Shown: positions 15,001-30,000 of the stretch, in pieces
Numbering within the stretch: position 1 is the stretch's first letter
How the letters are laid out: every line of letters starts with the position of its first letter
The notes under the pieces: model-generated
The model's input: only the letters and a program-made list of their open reading frames with translations
What the model was told of the DNA's origin: nothing
The model's database searches: none
NCBI GenBank assembly: GCA_032718475.1
Contig: JAUCBJ010000022.1
Span: 15,214 to 79,213 of the forward strand
DNA length: 64,000 nt
Direction of reading: 5' to 3'
Source: Nemertoderma westbladi
Taxonomy: Eukaryota; Animalia; Xenacoelomorpha
Position numbers and translations under genes: made by a program

Positions 15001-18000
15001 GCGTATCTGTTTGCTCTTACCCGCACTCACCTGTGATTGCGTATCTGTTTGCCCTTACCCGCACTCACCTGTGATTGCGTATCTGTTTGCCCTTACACGC
15101 ACTTTTCCGTATCTGTTTGCTCTTACCCGCACTCACCTGTGATTGTGTATCTGTTTGCCCTTACCCGCACTCACCTGTGATTGTGTATCTGTTTGCCCTT
15201 ACCCGCACTCACCTGTGATCGCGTATCTGTTTGACCTTACCCGCACTCACCTGTGATTGTGTATCTGTTTGCCCTTACCCGCACTCACCTGTGATTGCGT
15301 ATCTGTTTGCCCTTACCCGCACTCACCTGTGATTGCGTATCTGTTTGCCCTTACACGCACTTTTCCGTATCTGTTTGCTCTTACCCGCACTCACCTGTGA
15401 TTGTGTATCTGTTTGCCCTTACCCGCACTCACCTGTGATTGTGTATCTGTTTGCCCTTACCCGCACTCACCTGTGTTCCGTATCTGTTTGCCCTTACCCG
15501 CACTCACCTGTGATTGCGTATCTGTTTGCCCTTACCCGCACTCACCTGTGATTGCGTATCTGTTTGCCCTTACACGCACTTTTCCGTATCTGTTTGCTCT
15601 TACCCGCACTCACCTGTGATTGTGTATCTGTTTGCCCTTACCCGCACTCACCTGTGATTGTGTATCTGTTTGCCCTTACCCGCACTCACCTGTGATTCGT
15701 GAATCTGTTTGCCCTTACCCGCACTCACCTGTGATTGCGTATCTGTTTGCTCTTACCCGCACTCACCTGTGATGTGTATCTGTTTGACCTTACCCGCACT
15801 CACATGTGATTGTGTATCTGTTTGCCCTTACCCGCACTCACCTGTGATTGCGTTTGCCCTTACCCGCACTCACCCGTGATTGCGTATCTGTTTGCCCTTA
15901 CCCGCACTCACCTGTGATTGTGTATCTGTTTGCCCTTACCCGCACTCACATGTGATTGCGTATCTGTTTGCCCTTACCCGCACTCACCTGTGATTGTGTA
16001 TCTGTTTGCCCTTACCCGCACTCACCTGTGATTGCGTTTGCCCTTACCCGCACTCACCCGTGATTGCGTATCTGTTTGCCCTTACCCGCACTCACCTGTG
16101 ATTGCGTATCTGTTTGCCCTTACCCGCACTCACCTGTGATTGTGAATCTGTTTGCCCTTACACGCACTTTTCCGTATCTGTTTGCCCTTACCCGCACTCA
16201 CCTGTGATTGTGAATCTGTTTGCCCTTACACGCACTTTTCCGTATCTGTTTGCTCTTACCCGCACTCACCTGTGATTGTGTATCTGTTTGACCTTACCCG
16301 CACTCACCTGTGATTGCGTATCTGTTTGCCCTTACCCGCACTCACCTGTGATTGCGTATCTGTTTGCCCTTACCCGCACTCACCTGTGATTGCGTATCTG
16401 TTTGCCCTTACCCGCACTCACCTGTGATTGTGAATCTGTTTGCCCTTACCCGCACTCACCTGTGATTGTGAATCTGTTTGCCCTTACACGCACTTTTCCG
16501 TATCTGTTTGCTCTTACCCGCACTCACCTGTGATTGCGTATCTGTTTGCCCTTACCCGCACTCACCTGTGATTGCGTATCTGTTTGCCCTTACCCGCACT
16601 CACCTGTGATTGCGTATCTGTTTGCCCTTACCCGCACTCACCTGTGATTGTCTATCTGTTTGCCCTTACCCGCACTCACCTGTGATTGTGTATCTGTTTG
16701 CTCTTACCCGCACTCACCTGTGATTGTGTATCTGTTTGACCTTACCCGCACTCACCTGTGATTGCGTATCTGTTTGCCCTTACCCGCACTCACCTGTGAT
16801 TGCGTATCTGTTTGCCCTTACCCGCACTCACCTGTGATTGCGTATCTGTTTGCCCTTACCCGCACTCACCTGTGATTGCGTATCTGTTTGCCCTTACACG
16901 CACTTTTCCGTATCTGTTTGCCCTTACCCGCACTCACCTGTGATTGTCGTATCTGTTTGCCCTTACCCGCACTCACCTGTGATTGCGTATCTGTTTGCCC
17001 TTACCCGCACTCACCTGTGATTGCGTATCTGTTTGCCCTTACCCGCACTCACCTGTGATTGCGTATCTGTTTGCCCTTACCCGCACTCACCTGTGATTGC
17101 GTATCTGTTTGCCCTTACACGCACTTTTCCGTATCTGTTTGCTCTTACCCGCACTCACCTGTGATTGCGTATCTGTTTGCCCTTACCCGCACTCACCTGT
17201 GATTGTGTATCTGTTTGCCCTTACCCGCACTCACCTGTGATTGCGTATCTGTTTGCCCTTACCCGCACTCACCTGTGATTGCGTATCTGTTTGCCCTTAC
17301 CCGCACTCACCTGTGATTGTGTATCTGTTTGCCCTTACCCGCACTCACCTGTGATTGTGTATCTGTTTGCCCTTACCCGCACTCACCTGTGATTGCGTAT
17401 CTGTTTGCCCTTACCCGCACTCACCTGTGATTGCGTATCTGTTTGCCCTTACCCGCACTCACCTGTGATTGCGTATCTGTTTGCCCTTACACGCACTTTT
17501 CCGTATCTGTTTGCCCTTACCCGCACTCACCTGTGATTGTGTATCTGTTTGCCCTTACACGCACTCACCTGTGATTGCGTATCTGTTTGCCCTTACCCGC
17601 ACTCACCTGTGATTGCGTATCTGTTTGCCCTTACCCGCACTCACCTGTGATTGCGTATCTGTTTGCCCTTACCCGCACTCACCTGTGATTGTGAATCTGT
17701 TTGCCCTTACACGCACTTTTCCGTATCTGTTTGCTCTTACCCGCACTCACCTGTGATTGTGTATCTGTTTGCCCTTACCCGCACTCACCTGTGATTGCGT
17801 ATCTGTTTGCCCTTACCCGCACTCACCTGTGATTGCGTATCTGTTTGCCCTTACCCGCACTCACCTGTGATTGTGAATCTGTTTGCCCTTACACGCACTT
17901 TTCCGTATCTGTTTGCTCTTACCCGCACTCACCTGTGATTGCGTATCTGTTTGCCCTTACCCGCACTCACCTGTGATTGCGTATCTGTTTGCCCTTACCC

Positions 18001-21000
18001 GCACTCACCTGTGATTGCGTATCTGTTTGCCCTTACCCGCACTCACCTGTGATTGTGAATCTGTTTGCCCTTACCCGCACTCACCTGTGATTGTGAATCT
18101 GTTTGCCCTTACCCGCACTCACCTGTGATTGCGTATCTGTTTGCCCTTACACGCACTTTTCCGTATCTGTTTGCCCTTACCCGCACTCACCTGTGATTGT
18201 GTATCTGTTTGCCCTTACCCGCACTCACCTGTGATTGTGTATCTGTTTGCCCTTACCCGCACTCACCTGTGATTGCGTATCTGTTTGCCCTTACCCGCAC
18301 TCACCTGTGATTGCGTATCTGTTTGCCCTTACCCGCACTCACCTGTGATTGCGTATCTGTTTGCCCTTACCCGCACTCACCTGTGATTGCGTATCTGTTT
18401 GCCCTTACCCGCACTCACCTGTGATTGCGTATCTGTTTGCCCTTACCCGCACTCACCTGTGATTGCGTATCTGTTTGCCCTTACCCGCACTCACCTGTGA
18501 TTGCGTATCTGTTTGCCCTTACCCGCACTCACCTGTGATTGTGTATCTGTTTGCCCTTACCCGCACTCACCTGTGATTGCGTATCTGTTTGCCCTTACCC
18601 GCACTCACCTGTGATTGTGAATCTGTTTGCCCTTACACGCACTTTTCCGTATCTGTTTGCTCTTACCCGCACTCACCTGTGATTGCGTATCTGTTTGCCC
18701 TTACCCGCACTCACCTGTGATTGCGTATCTGTTTGCCCTTACCCGCACTCACCTGTGATTGGATCTGTTTGCCCTTACCCGCACTCACCTGTGATTGCGT
18801 ATCTGTTTGCCCTTACCCGCACTCACCTGTGATTGTGTATCTGTTTGCCCTTACACGCACTTTTCCGTATCTGTTTGCTCTTACCCGCACTCACCTGTGA
18901 TTGCGTATCTGTTTGCCCTTACCCGCACTCACCTGTGATTGCGTATCTGTTTGCCCTTACACGCACTTTTCCGTATCTGTTTGCTCTTACCCGCACTCAC
19001 CTGTGATTGTGTATCTGTTTGCCCTTACACGCACTTTTCCGTATCTGTTTGCTCTTACCCGCACTCACCTGTGATTGCGTATCTGTTTGCCCTTACCCGC
19101 ACTCACCTGTGATTGCGTATCTGTTTGCCCTTACCCGCACTCACCTGTGATTGTGAATCTGTTTGCCCTTACACGCACTTTTCCGTATCTGTTTGCCCTT
19201 ACCCGCACTCACCTGTGATTGCGTATCTGTTTGCCCTTACCCGCACTCACCTGTGATTGCGTATCTGTTTGCCCTTACCCGCACTCACCTGTGATTGTGT
19301 ATCTGTTTGCCCTTACCCGCACTCACCTGTGATTGTGTATCTGTTTGCCCTTACCCGCACTCACCTGTGATTGCGTATCTGTTTGCCCTTACCCGCACTC
19401 ACCTGTGATTGTGAATCTGTTTGCCCTTACACGCACTTTTCCGTATCTGTTTGCTCTTACCCGCACTCACCTGTGATTGTGTATCTGTTTGCCCTTACCC
19501 GCACTCACCTGTGATTGTGTATCTGTTTGCCCTTACCCGCACTCACCTGTGATTGCGTATCTGTTTGCCCTTACCCGCACTCACCTGTGATTGCGTATCT
19601 GTTTGCCCTTACCCGCACTCACCTGTGATTGTGTATCTGTTTGCTCTTACCCGCACTCACCGTGATTGTGTATCTGTTTGCCCTTACCCGCACTCACCTG
19701 TGATTGTGTATCTGTTTGCCCTTACCCGCACTCACCTGTGATTGTGAATCTGTTTGCCCTTACCCGCACTCACCTGTGATTGTGAATCTGTTTGCCCTTA
19801 CACGCACTTTTCCGTATCTGTTTGCTCTTACCCGCACTCACCTGTGATTGTGTATCTGTTTGCCCTTACCCGCACTCACCTGTGATTGTGTATCTGTTTG
19901 CCCTTACCCGCACTCACCTGTGATTGTGAATCTGTTTGCCCTTACCCGCACTCACCTGTGATTGTGAATCTGTTTGCCCTTACACGCACTTTTCCGTATC
20001 TGTTTGCTCTTACCCGCACTCACCTGTGATTGTGTATCTGTTTGCCCTTACCCGCACTCACCTGTGATTGTGTATCTGTTTGCCCTTACCCGCACTCACC
20101 TGTGATTGTGTATCTGTTTGCCCTTACCCGCACTCACCTGTGATTGTGAATCTGTTTGCCCTTACCCGCACTCACCTGTGATTGTGAATCTGTTTGCCCT
20201 TACACGCACTTTTCCGTATCTGTTTGCTCTTACCCGCACTCACCTGTGATTGTGTATCTGTTTGCCCTTACCCGCACTCACCTGTGATTGTGTATCTGTT
20301 TGCCCTTACACGCACTTTTCCGTATCTGTTTGCTCTTACCCGCACTCACCTGTGATTGTGTATCTGTTTGCCCTTACCCGCACTCACCTGTGATTGTGTA
20401 TCTGTTTGCCCTTACCCGCACTCACCTGTGATTGCGTATCTGTTTGCCCTTACCCGCACTCACCTGTGATTGTGAATCTGTTTGCCCTTACCCGCACTCA
20501 CCTGTGATTGTGAATCTGTTTGCCCTTACCCGCACTCACCTGTGATTGTGAATCTGTTTGCCCTTACACGCACTTTTCCGTATCTGTTTGCTCTTACCCG
20601 CACTCACCTGTGATTGTGTATCTGTTTGCCCTTACCCGCACTCACCTGTGATTGTGTATCTGTTTGCCCTTACCCGCACTCACCTGTGATTGCGTATCTG
20701 TTTGCCCTTACCCGCACTCACCTGTGATTGTGAATCTGTTTGCCCTTACCCGCACTCACCTGTGATTGTGTATCTGTTTGCCCTTACCCGCACTCACCTG
20801 TGATTGCGTATCTGTTTGCCCTTACCCGCACTCACCTGTGATTGTGAATCTGTTTGCCCTTACACGCACTTTTCCGTATCTGTTTGCTCTTACCCGCACT
20901 CACCTGTGATTGTGTATCTGTTTGCCCTTACCCGCACTCACCTGTGATTGTGTATCTGTTTGCCCTTACCCGCACTCACCTGTGATTGTGAATCTGTTTG

Positions 21001-24000
21001 CCCTTACCCGCACTCACCTGTGATTGTGTATCTGTTTGCCCTTACCCGCACTCACCTGTGATTGTGAATCTGTTTGCCCTTACACGCACTCACCTGTGAT
21101 TGTGAATCTGTTTGCCCTTACACGCACTTTTCCGTATCTGTTTGCTCTTACCCGCACTCACCTGTGATTGTGTATCTGTTTGCCCTTACCCGCACTCACC
21201 TGTGATTGTGAATCTGTTTGCCCTTACCCGCACTCACCTGTGATTGTGTATCTGTTTGCCCTTACCCGCACTCACCTGTGATTGCGTATCTGTTTGCCCT
21301 TACCCGCACTCACCTGTGATTGTGAATCTGTTTGCCCTTACACGCACTTTTCCGTATCTGTTTGCTCTTACCCGCACTCACCTGTGATTGTGTATCTGTT
21401 TGCCCTTACCCGCACTCACCTGTGATTGTGTATCTGTTTGCTCTTACCCGCACTCACCTGTGATTGTGTATCTGTTTGCCCTTACCCGCACTCACCTGTG
21501 ATTGTGTATCTGTTTGCCCTTACCCGCACTCACCTGTGATTGTGAATCTGTTTGCCCTTACACGCACTTTTCCGTATCTGTTTGCCCTTACCCGCACTCA
21601 CCTGTGATCGCGTATCTGTTTGCCCTTACCCGCACTCACCTGTGATTGTGTATCTGTTTGCCCTTACCCCGCACTCACCTGTGATTGTGTATCTGTTTGC
21701 TCTTACCCGCACTCACCTGTGATTGTGTATCTGTTTGCCCTTACCCGCACTCACCTGTGATTGTGAATCTGTTTGCCCTTACACGCTCTCACCTGTGATT
21801 GCGTATCTGTTTGCCCTTACACGCACTTTTCCGTATCTGTTTGCTCCTTACCCGCACTCACCTGTGATTGTGTATCTGTTTGCCCTTACCCGCACTCACC
21901 TGTGATTGTGTATCTGTTTGCCTCTTACCCGCACTCACCTGTGTACTCTGTGTATCTGTTTGCCCTTACCCGCACTCACCTGTGATTGTGTATCTGTTTG
22001 CCCTTACCCCGCACTCACCTGTGATTGTGAATCTGTTTGCCCTTACCCGCACTCACCTGTGATTGTGTATCTGTTTGCCCTTACCCGCACTCACCTGTGA
22101 TTGTGAATCTGTTTGCCCTTACACGCACTTTTCCGTATCTGTTTGCTCTTACCCGCACTCACCTGTGATTGTGTATCTGTTTGCCCTTACCCGCACTCAC
22201 ATGTGATTGTGTATCTGTTTGCTCTTACCCGCACTCACATGTGATTGTGTATCTGTTTGCCCTTACCCGCACTCACCTGTGATTGTGTATCTGTTTGCCC
22301 TTACACGCACTCACATGTGATTGTGTATCTGTTTGCCCTTACACGCACTTTTCCGTATCTGTTTGCTCTTACCCGCACTCACCTGTGATTGTGTATCTGT
22401 TTGCCCTTACCCGCACTCACCTGTGATTGTGTATCTGTTTGCTCTTACCCGCACTCACCTGTGATTGCGTATCTGTTTGCCCTTACACGCACTTTTCCGT
22501 ATCTGTTTGCTCTTACCCGCACTCACCTGTGATTGTGTATCTGTTTGCCCTTACCCGCACTCACCTGTGATTGTGTATCTGTTTGCCCTTACCCGCACTC
22601 ACCTGTGATTGTGTATCTGTTTGCCCTTACCCGCACTCACCTGTGATTGCGTATCTGTTTGCCCTTACACGCACTCACCTGTGATTGCGTATCTGTTTGC
22701 CCTTACACGCACTCACCTGTGATTGTGTATCTGTTTGCCCTTACCCGCACTCACCTGTGATTGCGTATCTGTTTGCCCTTACACGCTCTCACCTGTGATT
22801 GTGTATCTGTTTGCCCTTACCGCTCTCACCTGTGATTGTGTATCTGTTTGCCCTTACACGCACTTTTCCGTATCTGTTTGCCTTACCCGCACTCACCTGT
22901 GATTGTGAATCTGTTTGCCCTTACACGCTCTCACCTGTGATTGCGTATCTGTTTGCCCTTACACGCACTTTTCCGTATCTGTTTGCTCTTACCCGCACTC
23001 ACCTGTGATTGTGTATCTGTTTGCCCTTACCCGCACTCACCTGTGATTGCGTATCTGTTTGCCCTTACACGCACTTTTCCGTATCTGTTTGCTCTTACCC
23101 GCACTCACCTGTGATTGTGTATCTGTTTGCCCTTACCCGCACTCACCTGTGATTGTGTATCTGTTTGCCCTTACCCGCACTCACCTGTGATTGTGAATCT
23201 GTTTGCCCTTACACGCTCTCACCTGTGATTGCGTATCTGTTTGCCCTTACACGCTCTCACCTGTGATTGCGTATCTGTTTGCCCTTACACGCTCTCACCT
23301 GTGATTGCGTATCTGTTTGCCCTTACACGCTCTCACCTGTGATTGCGTATCTGTTTGCCCTTACACGCTCTCACCTGTGATTGCGTATCTGTTTGCCCTT
23401 ACACGCACTTTTCCGTATCTGTTTGCTCTTACCCGCACTCACCTGTGATTGTGTATCTGTTTGCCCTTACCCGCACTCACCTGTGATTGTGTATCTGTTT
23501 GCCCTTACCCGCACTCACCTGTGATTGTGAATCTGTTTGCCCTTACACGCTCTCACCTGTGATTGCGTATCTGTTTGCCCTTACACGCTCTCACCTGTGA
23601 TTGCGTATCTGTTTGCCCTTACACGCTCTCACCTGTGATTGCGTATCTGTTTGCCCTTACACGCACTTTTCCGTATCTGTTTGCTCTTACCCGCACTCAC
23701 CTGTGATTGCGTATCTGTTTGCCCTTACACGCTCTCACCTGTGATTGCGTATCTGTTTGCCCTTACACGCACTTTTCCGTATCTGTTTGCTCTTACCCGC
23801 ACTCACCTGTGATTGTGAATCTGTTTGCCCTTACACGCTCTCACCTGTGATTGCGTATCTGTTTGCCCTTACACGCACTTTTCCGTATCTGTTTGCTCTT
23901 ACCCGCACTCACCTGTGATTGTGTATCTGTTTGCCCTTACCCGCACTCACCTGTGATTGCGTATCTGTTTGCCCTTACCCGCACTCACCTGTGATTGCGT

Positions 24001-27000
24001 ATCTGTTTGCCCTTACACGCACTTTTCCGTATCTGTTTGCTCTTACCCGCACTCACCTGTGATTGTGTATCTGTTTGCCCTTACCCGCACTCACCTGTGA
24101 TTGTGAATCTGTTTGCCCTTACACGCACTTTTCCGTATCTGTTTGCCCTTACCCGCACTCACCTGTGATTGCGTATCTGTTTGCCCTTACCCGCACTCAC
24201 CTGTGATTGTGAATCTGTTTGCCCTTACACGCACTTTTCCGTATCTGTTTGCCCTTACCCGCACTCACCTGTGATTGTGTATCTGTTTGCCCTTACCCGC
24301 ACTCACCTGTGATTGCGTATCTGTTTGCCCTTACCCGCACTCACCTGTGATTGTGAATCTGTTTGCCCTTACACGCACTTTTCCGTATCTGTTTGCTCTT
24401 ACCCGCACTCACCTGTGATTGTGTATCTGTTTGCCCTTACCCGCACTCACCTGTGATTGTGAATCTGTTTGCCCTTACACGCACTTTTCCGTATCTGTTT
24501 GCCCTTACACGCACTCACCTGTGATTGCGTATCTGTTTGCCCTTACCCGCACTCACCTGTGATTGCGTATCTGTTTGCCCTTACACGCACTTTTCCGTAT
24601 CTGTTTGCTCTTACCCGCACTCACCTGTGATTGTGTATCTGTTTGCCCTTACCCGCACTCACCTGTGATTGTGAATCTGTTTGCCCTTACACGCACTTTT
24701 CCGTATCTGTTTGCCCTTACCCGCACTCACCTGTGATTGCGTATCTGTTTGCCCTTACCCGCACTCACCTGTGATTGTGAATCTGTTTGCCCTTACACGC
24801 ACTTTTCCGTATCTGTTTGCCCTTACACGCACTCACCTGTGATTGCGTATCTGTTTGCCCTTACCCGCACTCACCTGTGATTGCGTATCTGTTTGCCCTT
24901 ACACGCACTTTTCCGTATCTGTTTGCTCTTACCCGCACTCACCTGTGATTGTGTATCTGTTTGCCCTTACCCGCACTCACCTGTGATTGCGTATCTGTTT
25001 GCCCTTACCCGCACTCACCTGTGATTGCGTATCTGTTTGCCCTTACCCGCACTCACCTGTGATTGTGAATCTGTTTGCCCTTACCCGCACTCACCTGTGA
25101 TTGCGTATCTGTTTGCCCTTACCCGCACTCACCTGTGATTGCGTATCTGTTTGCCCTTACCCGCACTCACCTGTGATTGTGAATCTGTTTGCCCTTACCC
25201 GCACTCACCTGTGATTGTGAATCTGTTTGCCCTTACACGCACTTTTCCGTATCTGTTTGCCCTTACCCGCACTCACCTGTGATTGCGTATCTGTTTGCCC
25301 TTACCCGCACTCACCTGTGATTGCGTATCTGTTTGCCCTTACACGCACTTTTCCGTATCTGTTTGCCCTTACCCGCACTCACCTGTGATTGCGTATCTGT
25401 TTGCCCTTACACGCACTCACCTGTGATTGCGTATCTGTTTGCCCTTACCCGCACTCACCTGTGATTGCGTATCTGTTTGCCCTTACCCGCACTCACCTGT
25501 GATTGTGAATCTGTTTGCCCTTACCCGCACTCACCTGTGATTGTGAATCTGTTTGCCCTTACACGCACTTTTCCGTATCTGTTTGCCCTTACCCGCACTC
25601 ACCTGTGATTGCGTATCTGTTTGCCCTTACCCGCACTCACCTGTGATTGCGTATCTGTTTGCCCTTACACGCACTTTTCCGTATCTGTTTGCCCTTACCC
25701 GCACTCACCTGTGATTGCGTATCTGTTTGCCCTTACACGCACTCACCTGTGATTGCGTATCTGTTTGCCCTTACCCGCACTCACCTGTGATTGCGTATCT
25801 GTTTGCCCTTACCCGCACTCACCTGTGATTGTGAATCTGTTTGCCCTTACCCGCACTCACCTGTGATTGTGAATCTGTTTGCCCTTACACGCACTTTTCC
25901 GTATCTGTTTGCCCTTACCCGCACTCACCTGTGATTGCGTATCTGTTTGCCCTTACCCGCACTCACCTGTGATTGTGAATCTGTTTGCCCTTACACGCAC
26001 TTTTCCGTATCTGTTTGCCCTTACCCGCACTCACCTGTGATTGCGTATCTGTTTGCCCTTACCCGCACTCACCTGTGATTGCGTATCTGTTTGCCCTTAC
26101 CCGCACTCACCTGTGATTGCGTATCTGTTTGCCCTTACACGCACTTTTCCGTATCTGTTTGCTCTTACCCGCACTCACCTGTGATTGCGTATCTGTTTGC
26201 CCTTACCCGCACTCACCTGTGATTGCGTATCTGTTTGCCCTTACCCGCACTCACCTGTGATTGCGTATCTGTTTGCCCTTACCCGCACTCACCTGTGATT
26301 GCGTATCTGTTTGCCCTTACCCGCACTCACCTGTGATTGCGTATCTGTTTGCCCTTACCCGCACTCACCTGTGATTGTGAATCTGTTTGCCCTTACACGC
26401 ACTTTTCCGTATCTGTTTGCTCTTACCCGCACTCACCTGTGATTGCGTATCTGTTTGCCCTTACCCGCACTCACCTGTGATTGCGTATCTGTTTGCCCTT
26501 ACACGCACTTTTCCGTATCTGTTTGCTCTTACCCGCACTCACCTGTGATTGTGTATCTGTTTGCCCTTACACGCACTTTTCCGTATCTGTTTGCTCTTAC
26601 CCGCACTCACCTGTGATTGTGAATCTGTTTGCTCTTACCCGCACTCACCTGTGATTGCGTATCTGTTTGCCCTTACCCGCACTCACCTGTGATTGCGTAT
26701 CTGTTTGCCCTTACCCGCACTCACCTGTGATTGCGTATCTGTTTGCCCTTACCCGCACTCACCTGTGATTGCGTATCTGTTTGCCCTTACCCGCACTCAC
26801 CTGTGATTGCGTATCTGTTTGCCCTTACCCGCACTCACCTGTGATTGTGAATCTGTTTGCCCTTACACGCACTTTTCCGTATCTGTTTGCTCTTACCCGC
26901 ACTCACCTGTGATTGCGTATCTGTTTGCCCTTACCCGCACTCACCTGTGATTGCGTATCTGTTTGCCCTTACACGCACTTTTCCGTATCTGTTTGCTCTT

Positions 27001-30000
27001 ACCCGCACTCACCTGTGATTGTGTATCTGTTTGCCCTTACACGCACTTTTCCGTATCTGTTTGCTCTTACCCGCACTCACCTGTGATTGTGAATCTGTTT
27101 GCCCTTACACGCACTTTTCCGTATCTGTTTGCTCTTACCCGCACTCACCTGTGATTGTGTATCTGTTTGCTCTTACACGCACTTTTCCGTATCTGTTTGC
27201 TCTTACCCGCACTCACCTGTGATTGCGTATCTGTTTGCCCTTACCCGCACTCACCTGTGATTGCGTATCTGTTTGCCCTTACCCGCACTCACCTGTGATT
27301 GCGTATCTGTTTGCCCTTACCCGCACTCACCTGTGATTGCGTATCTGTTTGCCCTTACCCGCACTCACCTGTGATTGCGTATCTGTTTGCCCTTACCCGC
27401 ACTCACCTGTGATTGTGTATCTGTTTGCTCTTACCCGCACTCACCTGTGATTGTGTATCTGTTTGCTCTTACACGCACTTTTCCGTATCTGTTTGCCCTT
27501 ACACGCACTTTTCCGTATCTGTTTGCTCTTACCCGCACTCACCTGTGATTGCGTATCTGTTTGCCCTTACCCGCACTCACCTGTGATTGTGTATCTGTTT
27601 GCTCTTACACGCACTTTTCCGTATCTGTTTGCCCTTACACGCACTTTTCCGTATCTGTTTGCTCTTACCCGCACTCACCTGTGATTGCGTATCTGTTTGC
27701 CCTTACCCGCACTCACCTGTGATTGTGTATCTGTTTGCTCTTACCCGCACTCACCTGTGATTGCGTATCTGTTTGCCCTTACCCGCACTCACCTGTGATT
27801 GCGTATCTGTTTGCCCTTACCCGCACTCACCTGTGATTGTGAATCTGTTTGCCCTTACACGCACTTTTCCGTATCTGTTTGCTCTTACCCGCACTCACCT
27901 GTGATTGTGTATCTGTTTGCCCTTACCCGCACTCACCTGTGATTGTGTATCTGTTTGCTCTTACCCGCACTCACCTGTGATTGCGTATCTGTTTGCCCTT
28001 ACCCGCACTCACATGTGATTGTGTATCTGTTTGCCCTTACCCGCACTCACCTGTGATTGTGTATCTGTTTGCTCTTACCCGCACTCACCTGTGATTGCGT
28101 ATCTGTTTGCCCTTACCCGCACTCACATGTGATTGTGTATCTGTTTGCCCTTACCCGCACTCACCTGTGATTGCGTATCTGTTTGCCCTTACCCGCACTC
28201 ACCTGTGATTGTGTATCTGTTTGCTCTTACCCGCACTCACCTGTGATTGTGTATCTGTTTGACCTTACCCGCACTCACATGTGATTGTGTATCTGTTTGC
28301 CCTTATCCGCACTCACCTGTGATTGCGTATCTGTTTGCCCATACCCTCACTCACCTGTGATTGCGTTTGCCCTTACCCGCACTCACCCGTGATTGTGAAT
28401 CAGTTTGCCCTTACCCGCACTCACCTGTGATTGCGTATCTGTTTGCCCTTACCCGCACTCACCTGTGATTGTGTATCTGTTTGCTCTTACCCGCACTCAC
28501 CTGTGATTGTGTATCTGTTTGACCTTACCCGCACTCACATGTGATTGTGTATCTGTTTGCCCTTATCCGCACTCACCTGTGATTGTGTATCTGTTTGCTC
28601 TTACCCGCACTCACCTGTGATTGTGTATCTGTTTGACCTTACCCGCACTCACATGTGATTGTGTATCTGTTTGCCCTTATCCGCACTCACCTGTGATTGC
28701 GTATCTGTTTGCCCATACCCTCACTCACCTGTGATTGCGTTTGCCCTTACCCGCACTCACCCGTGATTGTGAATCTGTTTGCCCTTACCCGCACTCACCT
28801 GTGATTGCGTATCTGTTTGCCCTTACCCGCACTCACCTGTGATTGTGAATCTGTTTGCCCTTACACGCACTCACCTGTGATTGCGTTTGCCCTTACCCGC
28901 ACTCACCTGTGATTGCGTATCTGTTTGCCCTTACCCGCACTCACCTGTGATTGCGTTTGCCCTTACCCGCACTCACCCGTGATTGTGAATCTGTTTGCCC
29001 TTACCCGCACTCACCTGTGATTGCGTATCTGTTTGCCCTTACCCGCACTCACCTGTGATTGTGAATCTGTTTGCCCTTACACGCACTCACCTGTGATTGC
29101 GTTTGCCCTTACCCGCACTCACCTGTGATTGCGTATCTGTTTGCCCTTACCCGCACTCACCTGTGATTGTGTATCTGTTTGCTCTTACCCGCACTCACAT
29201 GTGATTGTGTATCTGTTTGCCCTTACCCGCACTCACCCGTGATTGTGAATCTGTTTGCCCTTACCCGCACTCACCTGTGATTGCGTATCTGTTTGCCCTT
29301 ACCCGCACTCACCTGTGATTGTGAATCTGTTTGCCCTTACACGCACTCACCTGTGATTGCGTTTGCCCTTACCCGCACTCACCTGTGATTGCGTATCTGT
29401 TTGCCCTTACCCGCACTCACCTGTGATTGCGTATCTGTTTGCCCTTACCCGCACTCACCTGTGATTGTGAATCTGTTTGCCCTTACACGCACTCACCTGT
29501 GATTGCGTTTGCCCTTACCCGCACTCACCTGTGATTGCGTATCTGTTTGCCCTTACCCGCACTCACCTGTGATTGTGAATCTGTTTGCCCTTACACGCAC
29601 TCACCTGTGATTGCGTTTGCCCTTACCCGCACTCACCTGTGATTGCGTATCTGTTTGCCCTTACCCGCACTCACCTGTGATTGTGAATCTGTTTGCCCTT
29701 ACCCGCACTCACCTGTGATTGCGTATCTGTTTGCCCTTACCCGCACTCACCTGTGATTGTCTATCTGTTTGCCCTTACCCGCACTCACCTGTGATTGCGT
29801 TTGCCCTTACCCGCACTCACCCGTGATTGCGTTTGCCCTTACCCGCACTCACCTGTGATTGTGTATCTGTTTGCTCTTACCCGCACTCACATGTGATTGC
29901 GTATCTGTTTGCCCTTACCCGCACTCACCTGTGATTGTGTATCTGTTTGCCCTTATCCGCACTCACCTGTGATTGCGTTTGCCCTTACCCGCACTCACCT

